The translations under genes and the position numbers were made by a program. This document shows positions 52,140 to 64,000 of a DNA stretch of 64,000 nucleotides, in pieces. Position 1 is the stretch's first letter; every line of letters begins with the position of its first letter. The notes beneath the pieces were generated by a model. The model had not been told where the DNA came from and did no database searches. It saw nothing but the letters and a program-made list of their open reading frames with translations. Source of the stretch: Lytechinus pictus (Eukaryota); NCBI RefSeq assembly GCF_037042905.1, contig NW_026974149.1, positions 1,054,001 through 1,118,000 on the forward strand, given 5' to 3'.

Positions 52140-53200
52140 GAATGGTATACCATTGAAATACCATACACCATACACCATTGATATACCATTGGAATACCAT
52201 TCGCACAGCACCCATCATACACCAATGGTATACCATTCAAGCCCCAATGGTATACCATTCAAACTAATTTAAATAATTGGGACGTTACTATTACCATATT
52301 CATGAGCACCATTTACCATTCATATACCATTGATCAAATACCATTCACCATTGATCTACCATGGCCACTATAGACAGGTTTACCATTGACCACCATTCAG
52401 CCACCATTCACTGGCCTACCATTTACCATTCAGCCACCGTTCACTGGACACCATTGGTCTACCATTCACCTTACACCATTCACCATTCCCCTACCATTCA
52501 CCATACACCATTCACGTACCATTCACCATACACCATTCGCCTACCATTCACCATACACCGTACACCTACCATTCACCGTACACCATTCGCGTACCATTCA
52601 CCGTACACCATTCGCGTACCATTCACCATAAACCATTCGCGTACCATTCACCATAAACCATTCGCCTACCATTCACCATACACCGTACACCTACCATTCA
52701 CCGTACACCATTCGCGTACCATTCACCGTACACCATTCACCTACCATTCACCATACACCGTTCACCATTGCCCTACCATTCACCATACACCATTGAACTA
52801 CCATACATTGTACACCATTGGCCTATACCATACACCGCACACCATTGACCTACCATTTACAGTTCACCATTGGCCTACCATACACCATACACCATTGACC
52901 TACCAATCACCGTACACCATTGGCTTACCATACACCGTTGACCTACCATTTACCGTACACCATTGGCCTACCGTTCACTGTACACCATTTTCATACCATA
53001 CACTCTATACCATTGGTCAACCATTCAATTTACACCATTGGCCATACATTATAGACCACAAGTGTACTGTGAATGGTAGACCAATGGTTTACACTGAATG
53101 ATAGACAGTAGACCAAAGGTGTACAATGTATAGTAGGCCAATAAAGTACAGTGAATGGTAGACCAATGGTGAACAGCATATATAGCTCGGGTTAATGGTA
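52140..53200. repeat. TACACCATTC-type subterminal tandem array (~23-bp units)
   Basis: Directly visible; orientation flips after about 53060. Confidence 0.9.
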
Positions 53201-54024
53201 GGTTTGATAATGGATTAAGTATGCACAAGAAAAAAATGATGAAAACAGTTATTTTAAGAACGTCAAATGTTTTTACTATAAGAAGTTTAAGTGCAGCATA
53301 AATGGAACACAGTATTCACAAGTATAGACTTTATAATTAAAGCACATAAAGTTATAAATATATATGACTTTGCTCCTCGTTGACATCTATACTCTGTCAA
53401 TCTTGGTATCTAAAATAAACATGTATCAAGACAGAGTTTAATTGAAAAACACAACAAATGAATAACATTTCCAAGAATAAACATGTTCTCTCTGATGGCT
53501 TTTTACGTGGATTGAGTACTTGGCAAAACCACTGTTCTGCAAACAAACCTGATACTTGTAATACAATAACCTTGATTTTAAATCTGTTGTGTGTAATTGC
53601 TTTCACACAGCTACTTCAATGACATTAATAAAATATTTTTTTTACTAATAAGTTCAAGTACAAAAGAGTGGAACCCAGTATTGACAAGTACATGTATGGC
53701 ATAAAAGCACCAGCATTATGAATACATGTGACTGCACGACTGTACAAGAGGTCAATGATTGCACTCCACATAGATATTATGTTAATCTTCCTATAAACAA
53801 ATCTAAATGTAAGACAGAGTTTGGACAACAAACTGATGAACACCAAATTTCGAAGATTAAACTCAAAATGTGTGATAGCCTTCACATGGCCAAATGATTA
53901 AAGGTAAAGAGTACCAAACTTAGAGGAAATAAATATCCCTAAAAGGGGGGGAAATAGTACCCCCATAAAAATAGAACCTCCTAATATTTCTCTATTTTCT
54001 TTTCACCTAAAAGATATATCAAAC

Positions 54025-54593
54025 GGCGTGTTTCTACATAGAATCGTTAAAAGGTATTACCTGCGTAAGTATCCAGAATCCCGGAAAACTTTCCTGTAGA
54101 ATTTTGTAGAAACAGACGCGATGCGGTTTATTGATAAACTGCTTCAAGCAAAATATGGTTTCTCATAACCATCTCTGAGAGGTGGTTATTGCCATGTTAA
54201 TCCGTTCAACTTTTCTGTAAAAACACACGGCAAAATAGCGTATCGTGTCTGGCGGAAGTGCTTAATCCCAAAAGTGCAATTTCGCAGTACATAAATTTGC
54301 ACATTCTGGCCTTTTCGATCTCGCCAGCTGATCGTGCAACACGTATACCTTCTACATTGAGTGAGATCTACCACAAATTTTGAAAATTTTCCTAAGAAGA
54401 TGCAATTTTGGACATATGTACAATGCAACGTGAGGTTATAGGTTGAATTTTCCGATTTCTGCCGTATTTGCAACGCGAAAAGCGAGTTAATCAGATTATT
54501 CGGTTTGTAGAAGCAGGTTGGTTTAAGGGCGATAAGGTTTTTCGAGTCCGGAAAAGATAAATCGTTTTTAATGATTTTCTGTAGAAACATGCC
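54025..54593. mobile_element. Harbinger-like MITE
   Basis: GGCGTGTTTCTACATAGAATCGTTAAAA pairs with TTTTAATGATTTTCTGTAGAAACATGCC. Confidence 0.65.
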
Positions 54594-55641
54594 AAAAGTT
54601 TATCATAAATACATTAAAGATACGTAAAGAAATAAATAATATCTATATCAAAAATAGAATATATAGAATAATAGAATAATAAAGAATATATCATGAAAAT
54701 TAAAAAAAAACAAGAAAAATAGCGACATCTTTTTTTAATATTTTGCAAATCATATAGAAAATAATTCTTAGTAGCACATCTATTTTTTAACTATTTCCCA
54801 TAGTTCAAATATACAAGATTCCCACTTATTTCTTTTTTGTCTATTTTTGTTGTGTTGAATCAGATGAATAACTCAACTATGTGTGAGAAATAATATAATT
54901 TTTGTCTTACACAGTATATCAGTAGTCAATCGTAATTTTTTACAACCTAGCTTTGACAAAATTTGAATTCATATAATACAAAAAAATATATAAATTGGGA
55001 TCTTGTATATTCATGAGGACTTGCAGAGAACAGTTTTACCAAAAAATAACAACTTTAATTCGTCATAATTTCGTTAATCCTCATTCAATTTTGATGAAAT
55101 TTTCAGTGTTTTTTTTTTGTCTGATGTTCTCTTTGAATTTAAATCACATAACTTTCAGTCTAGAGTACCTAGCCCTTCAATCAAATGGGTTGGACGACCG
55201 GTTACATTTTACATATAACATAGTTATAAGGAGAATGAAGGGTCCATAGAAAGAAAGCATGAGGAAAGGGGAGATTTAGGTAGGAAGAGAATTAATCAGA
55301 AAAGCATAATGTTGACAATTTCGTTAAAATCTGATAACAAAGTCTTTGATTTGACGGTTTAGCAACATTTTGGGAAAAATTACTGGAATGTGCACATGAT
55401 CGTCAGGAATATGTGTTAGGCTTATGTTATAAAATGAAATCATAATAATTTCATATTTTCGTACACGTGTGTATGATATGTCCCACGTAGCATAAAATGA
55501 TTTCAAGCAATGCATGCGTTTACATTAAATAAATCTTCACTCCACTTTTTAGTTCTTGGAGGTCAAAATGTGAATAAACATGACTTCTTGTTATAAAATA
55601 CAAAAGAACAAGTGGGGGTATGACATCAGCTTGTTAACTGT

Positions 55642-55790
55642 GGGTGCGTCGTGGTCTAGTGGTTCTGACTCTCACCTTTCAACAGAGTGTCGTGGGTTTG
55701 AATCCTAGCAATGGTGTTTTCCTTCAGCAACACATTTATCCACTGTGCTGCACTCGACCAAGGTGAAGTGAATGCGTACTCGGCAAGATT
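55642..55790 (+). mobile_element. tRNA-derived SINE fragment
   Basis: A box TGGTCTAGTGG and B box GGTTTGAATCC, then TCCTTCAGCAA..CTGCACTCGACC.AGGTG..AATG.GTAC, a body typical of invertebrate SINEs with conserved central domains. Confidence 0.75.
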
Positions 55791-56968
55791 AATTTCTTGC
55801 AGCTGTAATAAGGAATATGGGATGAAAACAATGCAAAGGACAGTATGTCAGCTACGGGTTCAAAACATCAATGCTTGTCATGCGTGCAAGCTTTCTTGAG
55901 AAATTGATATATTTTTCTAAAATATCGAGAAATTTGCATAATACACTACCCTTCAATTGAATAGTACCAATTAACAAATATCAACAAAACATTTTGTACA
56001 ATATGATAAAGAAATTCATGTTTAACCATAGATTAGCAGAAAATAACCCGTTATATTAATGGGAGGTTGCCCAAATGATGACAAATACCATACCACATGC
56101 ATACCTGGGGCCAAAGTGTCCACCCCCCCCCCCCCCCCGCCAGCATATTGATTTTTTTTCCAGGGGGGGGGGTGTTAGAAAGGACGTGTAATCCTATAAA
56201 TGGGGATGACATTTGGTCTTTTTCAGTATTTTTACCATTCCTCACAAGTTTTTTTTCAGCTATGCCACTGCAGGAGTACAATCTGTTTTATTTAATGAAG
56301 CTTTGCAATTTTTTCCACTGAAGTGAATTCTTACACAATTACCTTTCACAAACTCCAGTTGTTTTCTTGTAAACGGTTTTCCGTGTTCAACACCTGTAGT
56401 TTCCTTCCCAGATAATCCTGGACCATCTACATTATCATCCAGTGTATCCGTCGTCCAATCTTAAATGAAATAAAATCAATTTGAGTGTTGGAAAATATGC
56501 ATGTGCAGATAAAAACAAAAATATAATACTAATATAGTAAAACTTTCTTTAAGCTCCAAAATGCAATGATTCACTCATATACAGCATCATGATAATTTTT
56601 ATTTCAACATATGCAGCAAATTTACTTGAAAATATGTTTGAAATTGATGTCACAGAAATAAAATTCCCCCACCAAAGATTTTCTGTGTGTGCATGCTGGA
56701 AATATATAGATCAATATAACACAGTTACTCTGCTGCGTAACATGTTTTGATCAGCAATCATGTAGATATGCAAGAGAAAATTATCTAATAGAAAAAGAAT
56801 GATCTGAAGTCATATTTCCAGAGCAGCAGTTTTCAAAAGGTAGGCCTAATCAATTAATTGATAACATTCAATATGATTTTCTTTTCTTGGTATTGACAAT
56901 CACAGCAACGGATCCAGATGGGGGCAAATCCCCCCCCCCCCCCCCCCCCCTTGAGAGCAATAGTCAAT

Positions 56969-57392
56969 GGCCCGAATTCAAAAAGGTGGTTTTGAAAACC
57001 CCGGTTGAGTCCATGTTTTATGGAGATTTCCTGTATAAATTAAGCTTATTTACAGCATATATCAAAATATGTCCAATGTTGATGCGCGCTTTTGTCACAG
57101 TGCGCCAAATTGACGCCTGTTGCAGTGGTTATCCACGCTATTTTAATCACGAGTCCACTGTTTTGAATTAACGAGTCCACTCTTCAAACAGTGGACTCAT
57201 GAATAAAATAGCGTATCTAACCATTGTAACAGGCGTCAATTTGGCGCACTGCGACAAAAGCGCGCATCAGAATTGGACATTTTTTACACACGCGCCAGAT
57301 ACGTGCTAAATTAAGCGTAATTTATACAGGAAATCTGCATACACCATGGACTCAACCGTGGGTTTTCAAAACCACCTTTGTGAATTCGGGCC
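56969..57392. mobile_element. Harbinger-type foldback MITE (~424-bp imperfect palindrome)
   Basis: AAT|GGCCCGAATTCA at left and TGAATTCGGGCC|AAT at right; arms of about 200 bp. Confidence 0.85.
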
Positions 57393-57477
57393 AATGTGTT
57401 TAATGTAAATATGGCGTCTTTACACAAGTGTGTCCCTCCTTTTGAAAGTTACAGCAAACATTTCTAACGGAAATATA

Positions 57478-57887
57478 TACCGTGTTTACACTTAATCGGC
57501 TTTTCTATAGCGTGTAAAACACGATTAACATCGGCTCGCGGTTCAGAATCAGCAATTTGCACCACCAAAGTAGTAGGTTCAGAACTGCGAGCCGATGCAG
57601 AATCGGCTTTTTTACTACGTGTAAACAGAAAGCCGATTCTGCATCAGCAATTGGTGCGCATTTCATTTACTTTACCATTGTGACATAATTGTAAGCGCAC
57701 GGATCCAGCGTTGTCTTTATTATGACGTATTTTGTTGGTGAGCGTATCAATTGAGGTTTTTGACACGCGAGCCGATTCTGCACCGCAAGCTGTAACAGCG
57801 TGTAAATGCAGTGCAAGATAAACCAAAAGCCGATTCTGCATCGGCTTTTGGTTCTGAACCAAAAGCCGATCAAGTGTAAACACGGTA
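57478..57887. mobile_element. Harbinger-like MITE with GCCGATTCTG internal repeats
   Basis: TACCGTGTTTACACTT.ATCGGCTTTT pairs with AAAAGCCGATCAAGTGTAAACACGGTA. Confidence 0.8.
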
Positions 57888-58152
57888 ATTGTCTCATACA
57901 CAAGTAAAGATCTCTTTTTTTGTGCTTGTTAAAGTTTCCTGGGAAAATGTGCACCCCCCCCCCTTGAGAAATCCAGGATCCGTCCCTGGACAATCATATG
58001 CCAGTGGGTGAATTCTAGACATTATTTTGGGCAAGTTTTTGATCAGTAAATAAATAAAAAGTGATCACAGGACAGACTTAATTTTAAAAAATATAATTAA
58101 CTTTAAAAATGGATATGCCTAGCCCTATGAAAGGATCTCAGATTATTCTCCC

Positions 58153-59328
58153 GCACTAATGCAGTTTCACACCAGCCAACTTCGAGCAAAATTTTCCACC
58201 AGAAATTGTCTACACACATTTTGAGGTCAATACACAGTATGCCCACCATTTTTCCAAACATCACGATCGGGAACGGCGGTATTTTGGCTCCATTCCCGAT
58301 GTTATCGTAATGGTGGGAGCCATGCCGGGGTGGAATTCAGAGACCAGTGAGTTGGGGGGATTTTCCCCAGGCCATGCAAGCCGGTCCGGGTTGAGAGCCA
58401 AAACAGCGAAGTTCAGAAGCTGTTATGTCTCCGAAAAATACCAAGATAATGTGACAATTTAACACTATTCATGAACCAAGCTCATCTATTTTCTCGAATA
58501 ATCTAACTTAATTTATCCTTTACATGAATTTCAGCCACTTTGAGCAGTGGAAACAGCATTATTTTAGCTTTGATCTCGACGTCTTAGTTAAAATTCTTAG
58601 TCAGATTTTGCCAAACGAACGCAGAGGGCAGCAACACTGTTGACTTCGTGTTTGCGCGTTGTAATCGCTAACTTCAGCAAATATCCAAATAAATATACGG
58701 TGGAGTGAGACCCTAAATCTGATAACTCGAATGATGAAATCATGGTGGAAGCCGGAATAAAGATGTTCCTGATGCTCAGTGAATTGATTCGGACAAATAT
58801 TTAGGCTAAATTAGTTCGCTAACATCGCAGGGTACGAAAGTGCATTAGGGATTAGCTGTGCCAGGTTTTTCTTAGGGCTGCAGCAGCGGTGTTGAGCGGT
58901 GGCTCCGAGTTCCGGGCCGATCCAGGACCCATAATTTTTTTTGCTAAACCTTCCGGTCCGGGCTCAAGCCAGGTTATCTTTGCGGGCCCCAACATTAAAC
59001 ATTACGTTATCGTTCAAATTCTCAGTCAGACATCGCTTTGCTTGGCTTTGCCATTATTTATAAGGACTGAAGTTAGCGACCAAAAGATTTGCCTGCGGCA
59101 GTTTGCATGATTTGGTTACGAACTTCAGTCCATATCAAAATTACGGCAAAGCAACGCATGAGGATTCAAACAATGACGTAGAGATCGAAGCCGATATACA
59201 GCTGTTCCCGATATTTGGAAAAGCGGTGGGCATATGGACATTCAAATGCAATTCAGACTTGATATGACATTTGAGAACAACATTTGGTGGTGAATTTTGC
59301 TCGAAGTTGGTCGGTGCGAAATTAGCGC
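58153..59328. mobile_element. ~1.2-kb non-autonomous TIR element (Harbinger-like)
   Basis: TTTCACACCAGCCAACTTCGAGCAAAATT pairs with AATTTTGCTCGAAGTTGGTCGGTGCGAAA. Confidence 0.65.
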
Positions 59329-62300
59329 CCAATCCCACGGAAAAATCCCAAGGAAAAAATTCAGAAATTGTGATTTTAGTCAGCTGGCATGGCTGAGTTC
59401 AGATTAGTATAGGCCCTTTTTTGGGGGGATACATTTACATATACTATGTAAACTACGAATTTTGTTTACAAACGTAAAAAACTATGCAAATTTTTATATT
59501 TGAACAAATTATATCGTATTCATATGTAATAAATATTCTAAAAAACCTTAGGCCTAACCAAAAAGAAAATATCACATAACTCACTAATACCAAAATCCCG
59601 CCATGTTTTCAGAACACTTCTTGATTTATCATGGAATATTTCTCTGCCTCAATTTCTAAAATATGTTAATTCCAAACAGTTGTAGGTTTTCTCTGAATAA
59701 TTATTGCAGTCTCTCTAGAAAAATTGAATAGGAATCGTTTGTCACTCTCTCCAGTCACAGTTCCGCACACAAAGTGCACATTTTACCATTGAAATTGCAT
59801 GCGCAATAAGTGGTGCGTAGCTTTTTAGGGCCTGCGTAGCCTTTAACTTTAAGGCTTTACTTTATGTTTTAAAATTTAGGACACCTTACCATGTTTCACC
59901 TGAATACTACCATGTCCATGTCATCTTAATTTACCAACATTATCTACCAACAACAACAAATTATAGGCCTCATTCCAGAGCAATATTTTTCGGCAAGGTT
60001 TCCATTTCAGTGAAACAATGTCAATGTTGTGCAGTAACCAATGGCCTAATTGACACTTTGACAGTCAATGTCATGACAGTACTGCACTGTACAGCATTCA
60101 TTCATAAATTCATACCGGTATTCAGAGATGGTTTTGTAAAACATTGAAATATAGATATCAGGCCATACGAGCGAATTACTACTCAATGACAATGCTCGGC
60201 TCAGCTCACCTCAGCCTATACAAAGCATATTAACGCACCCCATAATCCATTTCGCCAGAGACAGACGTGTCCCGGCCCGCGCCAACGGGGCAGTGGCGGT
60301 ACGGTGGCAGTGAAACCCCGTGGCAGTACAACGACATCTAACAGTAACACTAACAGTAACATTCTAGAAAATCAGGCCGAGCCACTAACTACGAAGACAA
60401 TATCAAAGAAAATTGTTATCTAACTTACTGTTTAGCGTATTCTGCGAATGAATTTGAAGTCGTTGTCCGAATCTGACCTGTGTTCCTTTAGTTTATGATG
60501 AATTATAGACGGACTTCTGAACAGCAAAACAGTGGTTGATCGGGTTCTTTTTTCAAATATTGCAATTGGCGGTTACATGCGTACGTGCGCGCGCGCGTGC
60601 GAGAACAACACTAACATACATAGAGCGAGCTAGCTAGCAGCGCAGCCAACACATCCCGATATTGGGGGGGGGGGGGGTAAATCAAGACCAAATCAGGGGG
60701 AGGGGGCTTCTTAGCCAAGATACATCCCGATATGGGGGAGGAGTGAATTGCATGTAAGACCAAATCAGGGGTATCTTTTTCTTGATTGGTTCTGGGTTGG
60801 CAATTAACCATGCAGTCAATTTTTGCCACTGCTTATCCTTTGAAAGGATCTATGAAAAAAATAATTTTGCTCAATTTTTTTCTGTTCTATAATTCCATGT
60901 CTTTCTTTTTTTCTTTCCATTGTCTTTTTTTCTTTTTCCTTCTTTTGTCTGTTCAGTCTTTCTTCTTTTCTTTGTCTTAGTCTTTTTCTTTTCTTTTTTT
61001 TAAATTTATTTTTCTGTTTTTCGATATATATATTTTTTTTACTTATTTCTTTTTTCCTTTTCTCTCTTTGTTTAATTTCGCTTTTGTTTTGATTGCAATT
61101 GAGAATTTCGTTCATTATATTTTTTTCTGTTGCATATTGTACTAGCCTGGCGGCAGGGAATTTTGATACGGGGGGGGGGGCAAGACAATAACATACAAAT
61201 CATTTCAATTAAGCAAGTAATGACCGGCCTAGAATAGCTCTCCTCTTTATAAACACCATCCATGAGTGAGAAAAAATAATCAAAACACAATTTGTAAAGA
61301 AAAAAAAAGAGGAACGGTTTATGATCAAAAGCAGTAGTAGCGATATATAAATTGGCCGGGAGGGGGCTTTGGTCGTTGCAGACCAAAATCAGGGTCTGCC
61401 GATGGGAATTTCAATAGGGGTTGGGGGAGGAAGACAACCAACAGTGAATTCATTTTAAGCAAAATAATGACATATGGGACATTGCAAGAAATTTGCAATT
61501 GAACGCAAGTCAATTTCAAACTCCCAAATCAATTGAAAGTCTTACTTTTCATTGCAAACTTGCAACTGATTTATTGGTTCTTTCATCAATAAATCTATAA
61601 ATTGGTTTACTTTAGATGAAATTAGTCTATCACTTGTAAATTTGCAACCGAATTTTGGGATTGACTGCAAATATTTTCTTGCAACACCCTATAGCTCTCT
61701 TTATAAAAAGTGGCCATAATTAAATAAAAAAAATAATTTAAAAAATAGAACAAAACTTTCAAGAAGGGGGGGGGGCGTTACATAAAAAAAACTGTATACC
61801 GTACAGATAGGAGAGGTGGTGTGCCGTTCAAATTATACCAAGAAACAAAAAGAGAAAAGAAAGGATGGTGAAATGTACAATTTTCTATGTAGTACAATAC
61901 ACATCTTGTTCATGCTCTTTAAAACTTGCATGTTTTAATTTCAAGATTTTTACAGTAAATGATGATTGTATTCTTCCCTTTCGGGAGCGGCTGTGAAATA
62001 ATTTGTCCGTTGATATTAAGGTACAATAAAAACCCTTTTTATCAAATAAGATTTCATTGACTCCTTTTATTTTTGCACTCAATGCATCAGATATAAATTT
62101 AGAAGGTAATATGTACAATTGTAAAATATAACAAATTAATAATATTGTATTTTAAGCACTAGTTCAATAATATTTAAACACATATAGGCCTTTTATTTAA
62201 TAAAGACAAAGACAATTTAAAAGAATGCAACAGACCATGTTTGCCATCATGAGCGAATGGGCCTGATTTGGGGAAGCTGCTCGCATAAAAGTCACAACTC

Positions 62301-62384
62301 AAAAATTTTAATAATTCTAATTTTTAATCTTTGATCTTTTTTTTCTTTAAATCTTCGGAATTATGTTATTGGGTAATGCAATTG

Positions 62385-63415
62385 GGCATACCATTCACCA
62401 TTAACATAAATAACACACCACTAAGCCACAATTGCGTTACAATTATCCATCAACTATCCATTAATTATACCACTCTATAGGCACATACTACTGAGACACC
62501 ATATTGGGCATATGGTATACCATTGATACAAATCATACCATTACACATATACCACTGAGACTATTGGACACCACTGAGACACCATTGGGTATATGGTATA
62601 CCATTCACCATACCAATCATATCATTATAGAGGCACATACTACTGAGACACCATTGAATACCACTGAGACACCATTGGTATATGGTATACCATTCATCAT
62701 ACCAATCATACCATTAGAGGCACATATACTACTGAGAGTCTGAGACACCATTGTATACCACTGAGACACCATTGGGTATGGTATACCATTCATCATACCA
62801 ATCATACCATTAGAGGCACATACTACTGAGACACCATTGTATACCACTGAGACACCATTGGTATATGGTATACCATTCACCATACAAATCATACCATTAG
62901 ATGCACATACTACTGAGACACCATTGAATACCACTGAGACACCATTGGGTATATGGTATACCATTAATCATACCAATCATACCATTAGAGGCACATACTA
63001 CTGAGACACCATCGTATACCACTGAGACACCATTGGGTATGGTATACCATTCATTATACCAATCATACCATTAGACACATACCACTGAGACACCATTGGG
63101 TATATGGTATACCATTTACCATTAAATAAACTACCAATTACCATTAAGAACTTACCATTGAAACACCACTTAAATACCATTCGCGTACCATTTACCATTC
63201 AGATCACCATTCAAGTACCACTTACCATTAAGAACTTACCATTGAAACACCACTTAAATACCATTCGCGTACCATTTACCATTCAGATCACCATTCAAGT
63301 ACCACTTACCATTAAGAACTTACCATTGAAACACCACTTAAATACCTTTCGCGTACCATTTACCATTCAGATCACCATTCAACTACCATTCGCCACCATT
63401 CAAATACCATTGGCG
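62385..63415. repeat. Subterminal arrays: ~87-bp ACTGAGACACCATT units, then three 66-bp units
   Basis: Directly visible; these arrays produce the repetitive spurious ORFs in the track. Confidence 0.9.
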
Positions 63416-64000
63416 ATTTTTATAAGGGAGAGCTGGGCCCGTAACACAAATGTGCTTGATTAATCGCTATGTCAACTGAGTTGTTCTTTCACATTAGCAA
63501 TTAATCTCTCAACTTATGTTACATGCCCAAGGATTTACTTAGACCGCACTTTTATAGACGGGTGTGAGTGATTACAAATAAAAAGATTTTTAAAAAAAGC
63601 TGAAGAGGGATGAAAGTCTTAAATAGAAAGCCCCCATACTTTTTGTCCAGACGATAGCCAAAAGATAAGCTGAAAATCATAACAAAAAATCTGAAATCAG
63701 CTAAAAATCTAAACTCACACTCCTGGATAGAGTTCCAGTAAGAACTTATACTGCAAAATGTCCCAAAGTATATGAGTTGTGTAATGGGGAGAATATGAAA
63801 ATACAAAAATATGGCTTAATAAATAAATACATTATCATTGCCATGGATATGAGGAAATCTGAACTCTAGCATTCCATAAAAGTGGTTTAAAATGGGGAGG
63901 CCTACACTTAAAAGTTTAGGTTAGACTTGGGTTAAACCTAGGTTTGATTATCAGAACACCAATGTTTTTTTATCGAAATATCTCTAAAGCATGATCCCAT

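Larger units (their letters stand above)
56903..57988. mobile_element. hAT-type MITE containing two nested MITEs
   Basis: Exact 8-bp TSD GACAATCA at 56895-56902 and 57989-57996; CGGATCCAG / GGATCCGTCCCTG ends. Confidence 0.8.
52123..63428. mobile_element. 11.3-kb EnSpm/CACTA-like (CCC-terminal) element with ~1-kb subterminal ACCATT arrays
   Basis: AG|CCCTTATAAAAA..AATGGTAT at left and ATACCATT..TTTTTATAAGGG|AG at right (2-bp TSD AG); repeat arrays at both ends. Confidence 0.75.

Noticed and set aside
52361-53101. 246-aa His/Thr/Pro-rich ORF, and similar ORFs at 62504-63463
   Set aside because: They are translations of tandem subterminal arrays that lack stop codons by composition.
55642-55712. 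Functional tRNA gene
   Set aside because: Stems are degenerate and it runs into a SINE-like body with no clean terminator at the expected position.

Overview
AT-rich eukaryotic (animal) genomic DNA made up almost entirely of nested transposable elements. The repeat families look echinoderm/sea-urchin-like, but that is inference. No intact host gene is evident. The centrepiece is a 14.3-kb Polinton/Maverick-type insertion at 16203-30533, with AGTAGT...ACTACT termini, a 6-bp TSD (AACGTT) and TIRs of about 0.7-0.8 kb. It carries a decayed protein-primed PolB with a Vsr-like nuclease insert, apparently joined by an in-frame intron to a four-C2H2 zinc-finger exon. I see no integrase, capsid, ATPase or protease in it. 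Its arms hold an inverted pair of decayed paralogous unknown ORFs, and each TIR contains a consensus p53-type response element plus three CRE sites. Other contents: a near full-length CR1/L2-group LINE ORF2 nested in a Kolobok-type MITE; a young 2.7-kb gag-protease-only Gypsy LTR element; a THAP-domain exon; a 9-kb Harbinger relic with a Myb/SANT remnant and a nested 5.8-kb element with an 8-bp TSD; an 11.3-kb CCC-terminal EnSpm/CACTA-like element; many hAT- and Harbinger-type MITEs; a 24-bp palindromic micro-element with an 8-bp TSD; a tRNA-derived SINE; satellites; and one assembly gap. All alignments and coordinates were read by eye.
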